DNA of 64,000 bases from Pseudomonadota bacterium (lineage in GTDB: Bacteria > Desulfobacterota > Desulfobacteria > Desulfobacterales > RPRI01): positions 96,001 through 160,000 of the forward strand of contig JBDRRF010000079.1 in assembly GCA_043825875.1 (NCBI GenBank), read 5' to 3'. Within the stretch, counting starts at the first letter, position 1. Every line of letters starts with the position of its first letter. Both the position numbers and the translations under genes were made by a program. The notes beneath the pieces were generated by a model. The model did no database searches, was not told where the DNA came from, and was given only the letters and a program-made list of their open reading frames with translations. This document shows positions 8,757 through 19,600 of this stretch, piece by piece.

Positions 8757-9358
8757 TTCCTTTTTACGTTTAATAGCAATATAATAAAAAAAATAATGGA
8801 TACGAAATTGATAGCGCAAGTTGATTCGCTGAACTTTATTCCTGCTGTAAAATTAATCAGATTACCAAAATAATACGTGAAATCCGGAGTGGAAATATTT
8901 ATAACACTTGCAGCTTGAGAGAGCATAGATAGATACACTCCAATCTTGAAATTCCTTACTAAAAGATAGCCTGAGCTAAAAATGATAAATGAGAGGATAA
9001 ATATGATTGCATTTAAAAATGTGAATTCATATGCAATCAGAATCCATGAAGTTATGCAGGCATAGACTACACCACTTACCACTTCAACATATCCTATAAA
9101 CCCAACTATTTTTTCATATCTTTCAAATTTTACGGTTAATAAAGAAACACTTTCAGACGGTTTTATATATTTTTTTAATAGATTCTCAGAAAAGTATAAA
9201 AACAGTGCAAATAATAAAATTACAATCGGTAAGAGGAAAAAAAATATCGCTACAATACCCTCCCACTTGGTTGGCCCAGCAATCAATCGCACGCTTGTTG
9301 CACAAACGATCGTTGTGAGAAATGCTGAAATACAGACTGACATAATATATCTACTCAA
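8729..9358 (-). CDS. Hypothetical polytopic membrane protein (first cassette)
   Basis: 209-aa hydrophobic ORF with an AGGAG RBS. Confidence 0.7.
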   Translation of the reverse strand: MSRYIMSVCISAFLTTIVCATSVRLIAGPTKWEGIVAIFFFLLPIVILLFALFLYFSENLLKKYIKPSESVSLLTVKFERYEKIVGFIGYVEVVSGVVYACITSWILIAYEFTFLNAIIFILSFIIFSSGYLLVRNFKIGVYLSMLSQAASVINISTPDFTYYFGNLINFTAGIKFSESTCAINFVSIIFFIILLLNVKRKPNKETVLT

Positions 9359-9381
9359 CCTATTCTCCTGATTTTACGCAA

Positions 9382-9400
9382 ACCTAACCATTGATTACCA
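9382..9400 (-). other. Array-head recombination core (attI-like)
   Basis: Minus strand TAATCAATG-GTTAGGTTT; GTTAGGTTT is complementary to AAACCTAAC at the end of the first cassette; no attC arms upstream. Confidence 0.55.
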
Positions 9401-9690
9401 GGTCAATTTGCCCTGACATTAAGATATTGACGGGGTTTTCGGGCTCTTTCTCCCTATGCTAATATAAATCTTTGTTTTAAAATAATTTGCAAATAAATAC
9501 TTAAAAACACGAAACAGAAATAAGATACTAAAATCATTGAATAGGCTTGAAATAAAACATTTTATTGTGAATATGTCAATACGAAAAGGATACAAGGTTA
9601 ATGGATAAAAATCAGGATATTAATCACTTATTGCGACCTGAAAGAATCTGGCAGATAGGAAACACGAGATTGAGTTGTTTAGATATGTTT

Positions 9691-10005
9691 CTATCTACTT
9701 GCATTCAATGATTGAGTAGGAACCGGTTTTACTAGTTGCCAGGAACCGGAGGTATTTTCTGCCTGCCATAAGTCATAATTTTTTTGCAGGTTCATCCACA
9801 AGACGGGTGAAGTATCAAAAGCACGCGATAGACGAAGAGCCATGTCAGGAGTTATCGCCCCTCTCTCATTTATGATTTTAGATAATGTCTTTCTTGATAC
9901 ACCAAGAATCGAAGCCAATTCAGTAACAGTGATGGAAAGCGTAACTAAATAGTCTTCTTTAATAATTTTGCCTGGGTGTGTTGGCTGTCTGGTCATTTTT
10001 TTCAT
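9691..10005 (-). CDS. higA: HigA-family antitoxin
   Basis: PTHPGKIIKEDYL...HTH...ITPDMALRLSRAF...WMNLQKNYDLW; start at MKKMTRQ after AAGGTGAG. Confidence 0.92.
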   Translation of the reverse strand: MKKMTRQPTHPGKIIKEDYLVTLSITVTELASILGVSRKTLSKIINERGAITPDMALRLSRAFDTSPVLWMNLQKNYDLWQAENTSGSWQLVKPVPTQSLNASR

Positions 10006-10018
10006 GTTACTCACCTTA

Positions 10019-10297
10019 TTAATGGTAATCCCCATAATCTACTATGTAAGCATCGCCGTCAACAAATTCAAAGAATATTCTCCAGTTGCCGGACACCTTC
10101 ACAGCATATTGCCCTTTTTTCTCTCCTGTTAATTTGTGAAGGTTTGATCCCGGATAATTCATATCTCGTATTTCGTTAGACGCATTCAGACGGTCAAGAA
10201 TTATCTCCAGCCTGGTAGCTTGTTCAGGCTTTATGCCTTTCTTATTTCCGGAATAGAAAAAATCTTCAAGGCCTTTGTGTTTGAATGATTTAATCAT
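10019..10297 (-). CDS. higB: HigB/RelE-family toxin
   Basis: MIKSFKHKGLE...LHKLTG...VSGNWRIFFEF...DYH; toxin-first gene order. Confidence 0.92.
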   Translation of the reverse strand: MIKSFKHKGLEDFFYSGNKKGIKPEQATRLEIILDRLNASNEIRDMNYPGSNLHKLTGEKKGQYAVKVSGNWRIFFEFVDGDAYIVDYGDYH

Positions 10298-10332
10298 GCG
10301 CTGACCGTAACCTCAAGGGTTCCATTTGTCAA
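10298..10332 (-). promoter_or_regulatory. higBA sigma70 promoter with a palindromic operator
   Basis: TTGACA-17 bp-TACGGT-6 bp-ATG; near-palindrome GTAAC-N7-GTTCC at 10307-10323. Confidence 0.6.
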
Positions 10333-10422
10333 GCTATTTTTTGGCTCCATTGGTTGTATTATTGCCTTCTTGATAATCAGTGCTTATTATAAAAATATAA
10401 TACAAAAAAGGGGGTTTCGACT

Positions 10423-11532
10423 ATGAAAATCTTCATGGTAATTATTTTTTCTTTTTTAGCTATTACCGGATACATTTTATTTAACGGCGACCAAAGCAAG
10501 GCTGGTGACAAAATGACAAAAGAAAATAAAAATATCGAAATGGCTACTTTTGCAGGCGGATGTTTCTGGTGTTCGGAAGCAGACTTTGAAAAAGTTAAAG
10601 GCGTAACAAAAGTTATCTCCGGTTACACAGGGGGTAAAGAAGAAAATCCGACTTATGAACAAGTATGCAGCGGGACAACAGGGCATCTGGAAGCAGCACA
10701 GGTTTTTTATGACCCTTCGGTAGTTACTTACAAAGAACTTTTACAGGTTTTCTGGCGACATATCAATCCAACTGATGCAGGCGGCCAGTTTGCCGACCGC
10801 GGAAGACAATATAAGTCTGCAATTTTTTATCATAATGAAAAACAAAAAGAACTGGCTCAGGTTTCCAAAGAAGAACTGGATAAATCCGGAAAGTATGCAA
10901 AACCTGTTGTAACAAAGATTATACCCTTTACAAAGTTTTATAATGCAGAAGATTATCATCAGGAGTATTACAAGAAAAACCCTTCTCATTATAAAGCTTA
11001 CCGGAAAGGATCGGGCAGAGACTGGTTTATAAACGAAGTATGGGGGGAAAATGAGGGCGGCAAATTTTGTCCTTTGCCGGCATTGAAAAAAGCTAAATCT
11101 GATTTTGAAGCCAATAAAAAAAAGCTTACTCCTTTGCAATATAAAGTAACACAGGAAGAAGGCACGGAACCTCCTTTTAAAAATGAATACTGGGACAATA
11201 AAAAAGAAGGAATATATGTTGATATAGTATCGGGAGAACCATTGTTTAGCTCAAAGGATAAGTATAAATCGGGAACCGGATGGCCAAGCTTTACAAAGCC
11301 TCTTGAGCCGAATAATATTGTTGAAAAAGAAGATGTAAGCTTTTTTTCCTTACGTACCGAAGTAAGAAGTAAAGAGGGCAATTCCCATCTGGGACATGTA
11401 TTTCCTGACGGGCCACAGCCAACCGGCAACAGATACTGCATGAACTCAGCAGCATTAAGATTTATTCCTAAAGAAGATCTTGAAAAGGAAGGTTATTGTG
11501 AATATATGAAGTTATTTGAAGATACAAAATAA
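10423..11532 (+). CDS. msrAB: Bifunctional methionine sulfoxide reductase MsrA-MsrB with an N-terminal signal/anchor
   Basis: FAGGCFWC and AEDYHQEYY (MsrA); [18 protein letters not shown] and RYCMNSAAL (MsrB). Confidence 0.97.
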   Translation: MKIFMVIIFSFLAITGYILFNGDQSKAGDKMTKENKNIEMATFAGGCFWCSEADFEKVKGVTKVISGYTGGKEENPTYEQVCSGTTGHLEAAQVFYDPSVVTYKELLQVFWRHINPTDAGGQFADRGRQYKSAIFYHNEKQKELAQVSKEELDKSGKYAKPVVTKIIPFTKFYNAEDYHQEYYKKNPSHYKAYRKGSGRDWFINEVWGENEGGKFCPLPALKKAKSDFEANKKKLTPLQYKVTQEEGTEPPFKNEYWDNKKEGIYVDIVSGEPLFSSKDKYKSGTGWPSFTKPLEPNNIVEKEDVSFFSLRTEVRSKEGNSHLGHVFPDGPQPTGNRYCMNSAALRFIPKEDLEKEGYCEYMKLFEDTK

Positions 11533-11558
11533 TAAGCCGGAAGCCTTTGAGATAGAAC

Positions 11559-13754
11559 TTAATTTGTTAAACTTTCCTTGATTGTCGATCCTAGCTTTTC
11601 AAGCATATAGGGCTTCTGTATATAAGCGCTTACACCCAGTTTTTTAGCCTTGCAAACTCGATCAGTCTCTGATAAACCACTGACTATTATAGCTTTTTGT
11701 TTTGTACGGATGTTAAGAATATTCTTGTATGTATCCAGTCCGTCCATGCCTGGATTCATGATCATATCAAGTAATATCAGGTCTGCTTTTTCTCCTCTTT
11801 TCAGATATCCTACCGCTTCTTCGCCGCTTGGAAAAGTCATTACATTATAATTAAGGCTGGCAAGCATGCTGGCGGCCATCTCACGCTGTTCCTTAATGTC
11901 ATCAACTACTATTATTGACTCCCCATGACCCATATATTCGGATACAGATATGGATGTAGTCTCGCTGCTTATCTCCTTTTGTGTTGACGGGAAATAAAGG
12001 TTAAAAGTTGTACCTTTATTTAAATCGCTTTTAATATCAATATGCCCGTTGTAATCCTTTATAGTCCCCCAGACAACGGAAAGCCCTAATCCGGTTCCGC
12101 TTTTCCCCATAATTTTTTTCGTATAAAAAGGTTCGAAAATATGTTTTAAATCCCCATTCGATATACCTTCGCCAGTATCTGAAATAGAAACAATCACATA
12201 ATCCCCCACACTAATTTCCTCATATCCTTGTATCGAGCTTTCTACACATTTATAGTCCGTTTTGATAGTCAAAGTTCCACCCTTTGGCATGGCTTCGGCG
12301 GCATTGGAAACAAGATTCATAATCGTCTTACCAAAATGAACGGGAGACCCTAAAACATTTGGCAAATCCGGTTTGAGTTGAGTATTTACCAGGATGTTGG
12401 GGTTAAAGGACAACAATTTCTGGTATTCAGGTGTGCTCTGATATTCCATTATTGCAGTATTGAGATTTAATACTTTTTCAGTATGAACTCCCCTTCTTGC
12501 CAAAGTTAGCATATCATAAACAATAGCAGCAGCCCTTTCACCGCTTTTAATAATAGTCATAAGCCGGGATTTTATATCGTCTGATGCATCTATCTCTTTA
12601 TATGTAAGAAGCAATTCCGCATATCCTATCACAACTCCGATAACATTATTAAGATCATGAGCAACTCCGCCTGCCAATATGCCTATAGCTTCCATTTTTT
12701 CCGCACGCTGCAGCTTTGTTTCCAATTCCCGGCGCTTTTCTTCTAACCGCCTGCGTACTGTCATATCCCTCACTATATATGTTACTATCAAGGAGCCTTC
12801 TCTTTTATATGCAGATACTGTAAGTTCAAGAGGCACAAATATACCTTCTTTGGTCCGTCCTTCAAGGGAAACGGTATTTCCTGTATATTTTGATAAATCA
12901 GATAAAACAGAATCTATATCCTGGTTAAAAATACTTATATGTTCATCAAAATATTTCTCAGGAACAATAATATTAGAAGACTTGCCTATAATTTCTTCTT
13001 GTTTATAACCAAATATTCTTGAAGCGGCACTGTTCCATTGAATTATTTCCGTTTTACCATTTGTTGTTATTATAGCATCCGTAGATGTCTCAACCAGCGC
13101 ACGATATTGTTCTTCACTTCTTCGCAACGCTTCATGCGTCAATTTATGCTTTTTCACTTCCGCCAGCAGAGTTTTATTAGTTTTTCTTAGTTCAGCAGTA
13201 CGTTCTTCTACTGTTTTTTCCATTTTAATATAGGATTGTTTAAGCGCCTTTTCTATACGGGATATTGCCCGTATCGGCATAATTCGCAATGCTATAAATG
13301 CCCCAAGGCCAAAGGGTATTATCAACAAAGCTATTAAACCGGCATTGTTTATAACAGGTCGCAGTGATCGATAAACCTTTATTTTGCCCGCAACAAGACC
13401 TGAGTCCATGATATCATATGACCTCATAATAACAGGAGAAACTAAATCACCAACACTCTCTGCAACAATCTCATTTTTATTATTTGTTATTTTTCGTATT
13501 TCCTGAATTCCATTTTTTGGACGTATAGACAGGCATTCATACAATCTGGCTTTTTCGAATTGCCAGTATTCCGGATTTGCATTTATTATTTTTTGGGCTA
13601 TGTTTGCATTAAGCTCTGCATCGATTTTAAGAGCAGATGACATGTCAAGATAAGAAATATAAAAATATCCAAGGGGAAATATAATTACAAGTAATGAGGT
13701 AACAATTACTGTCAAACAGGTAATAACTAAGGTTACATTCTTTTTGGGTAGCAT
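11559..13754 (-). CDS. PAS-domain hybrid sensor histidine kinase / receiver
   Basis: Two TMs, PAS, AGGVAHDLNN H-box, DTGEG and GTGLGL ATPase boxes, C-terminal receiver (VVDD...LLDM...KP). Confidence 0.95.
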   Translation of the reverse strand: MLPKKNVTLVITCLTVIVTSLLVIIFPLGYFYISYLDMSSALKIDAELNANIAQKIINANPEYWQFEKARLYECLSIRPKNGIQEIRKITNNKNEIVAESVGDLVSPVIMRSYDIMDSGLVAGKIKVYRSLRPVINNAGLIALLIIPFGLGAFIALRIMPIRAISRIEKALKQSYIKMEKTVEERTAELRKTNKTLLAEVKKHKLTHEALRRSEEQYRALVETSTDAIITTNGKTEIIQWNSAASRIFGYKQEEIIGKSSNIIVPEKYFDEHISIFNQDIDSVLSDLSKYTGNTVSLEGRTKEGIFVPLELTVSAYKREGSLIVTYIVRDMTVRRRLEEKRRELETKLQRAEKMEAIGILAGGVAHDLNNVIGVVIGYAELLLTYKEIDASDDIKSRLMTIIKSGERAAAIVYDMLTLARRGVHTEKVLNLNTAIMEYQSTPEYQKLLSFNPNILVNTQLKPDLPNVLGSPVHFGKTIMNLVSNAAEAMPKGGTLTIKTDYKCVESSIQGYEEISVGDYVIVSISDTGEGISNGDLKHIFEPFYTKKIMGKSGTGLGLSVVWGTIKDYNGHIDIKSDLNKGTTFNLYFPSTQKEISSETTSISVSEYMGHGESIIVVDDIKEQREMAASMLASLNYNVMTFPSGEEAVGYLKRGEKADLILLDMIMNPGMDGLDTYKNILNIRTKQKAIIVSGLSETDRVCKAKKLGVSAYIQKPYMLEKLGSTIKESLTN

Positions 13755-13770
13755 ATACCACCTCTTTATT

Positions 13771-14607
13771 TTATTTTAGAATAACCAAATTCCCCGTATC
13801 TTCCAGTATATCCTTGCCTTGCTGTGTTTTCATAAAATTTATAAATTTATGTACAGAAACAGAGCTGTCTTTATTTATTACAATCGAAAGCTGTTTTGAT
13901 AAATTATAGGACCCATTTGTGAGGTTTTCAGTATTAGGCGTTACATCATTAAAGGAGAGTATTTTGATTCCCGAACGTTTTTCGGCTATAAACTGAGTTA
14001 AAGTAAACGTTCCGAATGCTCCTGGAATACTTTCGATTTTATCAGCGTTTTCCTGGTCGGTAAGAGCTACCTGCATTCCTAAGCTGGATTTAGAAATATC
14101 AACGGCATTATTTACTTCGGAAGATATTTTGCGTAATATAAGCGTGTCGGCCTCTTCGTTTGGGCGAAGTATAAGGCGGATACGTCTTCCATCAAACCAA
14201 TGTTGTTTTTCACCTTTGTATATTTTTATAATTTCGCTGGTATCAGTATCCGATATACTTACATCTTTATTTGCAACAAAAATAAAAGGTGTTTTTGCAT
14301 ATTCAATAACCGTTAAACCAAGATTTTTTTCATTTTCTTTTAAGGGCCTGCCACAAAGCCCGATATCTATTGCGCGGCTTGATATGGCTCTTATGGCTCC
14401 ATCGCTTCCTATACTCGGCAATACGATAACTTTTATATCAGGATATGCTTTCTCAAAATCTTTCGATATTATTTTTATTGCTCCAAGAGCACAGCCGGTA
14501 CCTCCGATTTTTATAGTATGCTGTGCGAAAGCAGGTGATGGTAAAATGAAACTATATATTGCAATTATAAGCAGAATCTTTGAGAGTATCTTTTGATATT
14601 TCTTCAA
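13771..14607 (-). CDS. PstS-like substrate-binding protein
   Basis: Signal peptide; IKIGGTG, SIGSDGAI, DIGLCGRPLK. Confidence 0.8.
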   Translation of the reverse strand: MKKYQKILSKILLIIAIYSFILPSPAFAQHTIKIGGTGCALGAIKIISKDFEKAYPDIKVIVLPSIGSDGAIRAISSRAIDIGLCGRPLKENEKNLGLTVIEYAKTPFIFVANKDVSISDTDTSEIIKIYKGEKQHWFDGRRIRLILRPNEEADTLILRKISSEVNNAVDISKSSLGMQVALTDQENADKIESIPGAFGTFTLTQFIAEKRSGIKILSFNDVTPNTENLTNGSYNLSKQLSIVINKDSSVSVHKFINFMKTQQGKDILEDTGNLVILK

Positions 14608-14759
14608 ACCCGCAACAGTCCCCTTTTTATCCTAATCAAAATACAGGTCATGAAAGATAAACAGGCAGAAAATCCCTATCAGTTACTTGATGGAAACGCT
14701 TATTACTATATCGGCACAAAAAAGTAAAGTATTAACTTTCTTTTTAAAAACTTTTTTTT

Positions 14760-16607
14760 CTATCCCCAAAGAGCATCATTTAGCCCGGATGTTCTTTGAG
14801 TTTTTCTTAAGATTGCAGTTCTTAGTATGCTCTCGGTTCCGACTATAGTCAATTTTCCCGTGGTTCTTGTAATGCCTGTATATATCAGTTCCCTTGTCAA
14901 CACTGGGTAATCTTTTTCCGGAAGGACTACTACAACATTGTCAAATTCGGAGCCCTGGCTTTTATGAACGGTCATTGCATAAGCTGTTTCATGTTTGGGG
15001 AGAATACCGGGTTTGAACTTTCTTTTTGCTTCCATATTACTGTCAAAATATGCATACAGGTTATCATCTTCATCTCGTGCCGGCATAATTAAACCCATAT
15101 CACCGTTAAACAGCCCAAGGTTATAGCTGTTTTCCTTTATAAGAACCGGCCTTCCCCTGTACCATTGACTTGAAATATCAATAAGCCTTTTTTTTCTCAG
15201 CACTGATTCAGCAAGAGAGTTTATACCATCAATGCCAAAAGGCCCACTGTTTACGGCACACAGAATTTTAAAGCAACCAAGCAAATTAAGGGCGGATATA
15301 GGATCATCAATATTAAGATAGGAAGAATATCCTTCAATTATCTTTTCTTCAAGAACGCGATAAAGTTCTTTTTGATTATTAGCCTCTTCCCAGCATATTC
15401 CATCATCATTTTTCTCTTTTAAAATTTCGATAGCATATTCTGCTTCACCTTTATTTACAGCCACACTCAACCGGCCTATCCTGCTGTCTTCCGAAAAACG
15501 GTAATTTTTTTTAAGAACCACGATACAGTCATTTAAGCTGTTTTTATCAGATATAACATCCATGTTATCTTGAATTTCTGCATATAATTTTTTATATGAC
15601 TTAATCGGATATCCGGTTATATCACTTCTGTTGCAAATATCTCCCAGTACCGACCCGGCTTGAACAGAAGCAAGCTGGTCTTTATCTCCTGCAAGGATGA
15701 GCCTGGCATCATCCGGCAAAGCTTCAACAAGTTTTGCAAGCAACGCAAGATCAACCATGGATGCCTCATCAATAACAACTATATCTGCGGGAAGTTTATT
15801 GTCGGCATTATAATGAAAACCGGAAGAACGGGAAATAGTTTTTAACATCCTGTGAATCGTATAGGCGTCCTGGGGTATCAAATTCTTTATTTCATCCGAA
15901 CAATCAATATTTTTCTTTGTATTTCTGATGGATTCGGAAAGCTTTGCAGCAGCTTTTCCTGTTGGAGCACACAAATAAATCTTTTGTTTATCACCGGATT
16001 CAACTTCTATCAAAACAGCAAGAATTTTTCCTATTGCTGTTGTTTTTCCCGTGCCGGGGCCACCTGACATAATGCATAATCTTTTATATACACATACAAG
16101 AGAGGCAAGCTTCTGGAGGTTTATCCTTTCACCGGCAACATCGGGGAAATATTTATCAAGAAGCTTTCTTACATGATTTTCATCAAGTTTTGTATCAGGC
16201 CAGGTTATATCATCGTCTGCTTTATTCTTTATGGCTTTTGAAAGAGTATTTTCGTAATACCAAAATTTGTGCAAATAAAGCCTGTTCTTATCATCAAGTA
16301 TCAGAGGCCTGTAATCACCGGGTTTACCAACAACATTTGTTATTTTCAACTTTTCTATCCAGATATCAAGCAAAGGGCATGCAAGCCTTTTATAGTCTTC
16401 CCCTTTTTCAAGAATTACTTTTCCTGCAAAAGCCTTAAGATCAAGGCATACATCACCATTTCCGGCAGCATTACTTACAAGAGCTGCGGCAAGAAAAAGA
16501 TCGGAATCATCAGCATTTTCGAGTTCATTGATAAACTTAGCAAAATGCAAATCAATATTTGTAAATATATTTTTGTTATATAATGATTTTATATAGCTTT
16601 TATTCAT
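14760..16607 (-). CDS. recD: Exodeoxyribonuclease V alpha subunit
   Basis: GGPGTGKTT, APTGKAAAKL, TIHRML, IDEASMVD, GDKDQL, AYAMTVHKSQGSEF. Confidence 0.97.
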   Translation of the reverse strand: MNKSYIKSLYNKNIFTNIDLHFAKFINELENADDSDLFLAAALVSNAAGNGDVCLDLKAFAGKVILEKGEDYKRLACPLLDIWIEKLKITNVVGKPGDYRPLILDDKNRLYLHKFWYYENTLSKAIKNKADDDITWPDTKLDENHVRKLLDKYFPDVAGERINLQKLASLVCVYKRLCIMSGGPGTGKTTAIGKILAVLIEVESGDKQKIYLCAPTGKAAAKLSESIRNTKKNIDCSDEIKNLIPQDAYTIHRMLKTISRSSGFHYNADNKLPADIVVIDEASMVDLALLAKLVEALPDDARLILAGDKDQLASVQAGSVLGDICNRSDITGYPIKSYKKLYAEIQDNMDVISDKNSLNDCIVVLKKNYRFSEDSRIGRLSVAVNKGEAEYAIEILKEKNDDGICWEEANNQKELYRVLEEKIIEGYSSYLNIDDPISALNLLGCFKILCAVNSGPFGIDGINSLAESVLRKKRLIDISSQWYRGRPVLIKENSYNLGLFNGDMGLIMPARDEDDNLYAYFDSNMEAKRKFKPGILPKHETAYAMTVHKSQGSEFDNVVVVLPEKDYPVLTRELIYTGITRTTGKLTIVGTESILRTAILRKTQRTSGLNDALWG

Positions 16608-16616
16608 AGTTGATAA

Positions 16617-19600
16617 TCAATAATCCGGTATCATCGCTTTTCCAAGTGCATCAATTAAAGATATATCCGGCAAATCGTAAAATATCCCCGAACCAGGGGC
16701 TATAGAGTCGTTTACTCCGCGTAAGAAAATATAAAATACTCCACCAAACGAATCACTATAATTATAATCTTTGTATTTAATTCTCAAATACTGGTGGAGA
16801 GCAAGCGAATATAAATGGTACTGGAGTATATATGATTCTTTGTCCATTACTTTGGCAAGATTTGATTTTTGATAATTAAGAAGACTGCCGCCAAGATAAT
16901 TTGATTTCCAGTCAACAATATAAATTTTATCATTGGAGTAAAAGACCATGTCTATATAGCCTTTCATAAAACCTTTTGACGGAGAAAAAGAAAGATTTTC
17001 TATCCAGCCGGGATATTCATCATTTATTTTAATGTTTCCGTGGTCATGAAAGATTTTTCTGATTATTTGAGGACTAATCATTTTTAAGGGAAAATAAAAT
17101 TCCATTTCATTAATTCTTTGTTTAATATCTACTTCCGACAATTTAACTGATTTCTCATTATCATCATAAGGAAAATAAGCATTCAAACCGGCTCCAAGTA
17201 CTTTCTTTATCATGTCGCATACAGTGTTTTTCCATTTTGTCTCAAATCCATATTCTATAAGCTTATCGTCAACAAGTTTTTCTCTATCCTTATAATCTGA
17301 ATCAAGAAAACTCATATTCTCAAAAAGATCATGAAAAAAAGTACCGGGGCTTGCTCCTCTTGGAAATGAAAATATATCCGTTTGATCGGTATTTGCTTGC
17401 TTTTCTAAAAACTCTTCAACAAAGCTTCTTGCATCAGAATCTATATCTCTGCCATCATGAACAGTATAACTGCTTACTACAAGAGATGAATAGCTTGAGA
17501 TTCTATGGATATCATCAATTTTTCCGGTAAATACTCTGGCAAAACACTGCTCAACATTTTTTTCACAAGGAAAGTATTTGCCGGTGTCTGAAGGAGGAAT
17601 AACAGAAACATCAATTGCCCCACCTGCTTTTTTTGAAATTTCTTCCAGATCATAAAGAAGTTTTGCAGTATCCTGACTTTTGAAATAATCCTTTACAGCT
17701 AAAGTAATTTCTTTATCACCATTATATTCATTGCTGCGGGCATAATGAAGAAGATAAGCCAGTGCGGATGATTCTGCTTTATTTATTCGCCCCCATACAA
17801 GATAGCATTTTTCTTTTGCTCTCGTTAAGGCGACATATAAAAGTCTTAAGTTTTCAGAAAGCAGCTCTTTTCCCGCAAGAAATATGCTGTTATCATTTCT
17901 TTCAAGATCAAGCACCAGATTCCTGTCACTGCTTTGCTCATGAAACAGTATTTCCTCATCCCGAACTTCGGACCCATGCCAGTTAAAAGGACAAAAAACA
18001 ATGCGAAATTCAAGTCCTTTGCTTTTATGTATTGTAACAATCTTTACAGCATCATCATCTGTTTCAAGGCGCAGCAAATGTTCTTCCTGAGTTTGCCTTA
18101 AAATATCCCTTTGTTCTGCAAACCATCTTATAAGTCCGGCAATGCCCGGTTTTTTTTCTATCGATACCTTATGCAAAATATCCGAAAGGTGAAGTATGTT
18201 TGTTATTCGCCTATCCCCGTCATAAAATAAAGCAAGGTGCTCTTTAATTCTTTCTTTCTTCATCAAATAACCAAACATCTTAATAAAGCTGTATTTATTC
18301 CATAAACGTTGACATTCAATGAATAAAGATTGCCATTTCTCCAGTAACACAGGGTTATATTCATAAGAATTTATCTCTTCGCCTGTAACACCAAAGATAT
18401 CGGTTATGATGGCTGATTTAACTTTACTTTCATTAGATGGATCAGAAACAGCAGCCAAAACTCTTCCAAGTTCCATAGCTTCATCGGAGTCAAAGACATT
18501 ATCAATACTGTATATTACAGAATGAATCCTTCTTTTGGAAAGTGAATTTTTCACCATCCTGGCCTGTGTGTTTGTTCTTACAAGTATGGCGATATCACTT
18601 TGCTTAACAGTTTCCGCTTTTTCGCTATACGCTGATTTCAGAAGGCGTAAAATCTCTGATGCTACAGATTCCGAAATTATTTTTTCAGCATTATTCTTCG
18701 TGATAGCCTTGTTGTTTTGAGTATAGTCATCGGAGAAAAGATGCCACAGAGTTAAAGGCGCACCGGATAAGCAGAACTTGTTTTCGCTGATGCATTTTTC
18801 CCTATGCCCTGGTATGCCTTTTATAAAGGAGATCTCTTCAAATACAAACGGGTGTTTTACACCTGAAAATATCGCATTTACAGCCTCAATCAAACCCGGA
18901 GAAGATCTCCAGTTTTCTATAAGAGTATTTTTTTTATCCGATTTTTTAGCTGCTTTGATGTATGAGAATATATCTGCTCCGCGAAAGCTGTATATAGACT
19001 GTTTAGGATCTCCGATAATAAAAAGAACACTTTCTTTAGAATCAAAAAGATTGTAAAAAATTTCATACTGTATAATATCGGTATCCTGAAACTCGTCAAT
19101 TAGCGCTGCCTTGTATTTTTTACGGATCGATGCAGCAAGGTTATTGCTGTCATGACTTAAAATGGCATCTTTTACTTTGGTTAAAAGATCATCATAATAT
19201 TGGATGTTCTTGCTTTGTTTCTTTTTTTCAAGCTCTTTATCTGCAAACGTTATAAATGCCTTCTTAAGATAAATGATGTATCTGTCAAACTCAGCTTTTA
19301 CTTCATTACTTGTTTCTAATAGTTTTTCGCAAAGATCAAAAAATTTATGGGAAGGGCTTGTCTGTTTTGCCTTTGTTGATTTTTTGATTTTTTCCGAACA
19401 AAAGTATTCAAATTTATCATATAGAGGAAAGCTAACATGCCTGTCATCTAAAAATCTTTCCATCCCGGAAAGCATAGACTGTATTTTAATCTCTCTTTTA
19501 GACAATCCGTTTCCTGCAGGCTCTATGGTTCCATATATATTTCCTTTTAAAACAGGATCAGAAAGCAAAACCAAAATTTCATCTTTAGAAGCTACCCATA

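Noticed and set aside
9400..9690. Integrase remnant, Pc promoter, or an attC making higBA a cassette
   Set aside because: No tyrosine-recombinase motif was recognised; TTGACG lacks a well-spaced -10 box; only a weak ATCTAAAC R''-like word is present, without arms.
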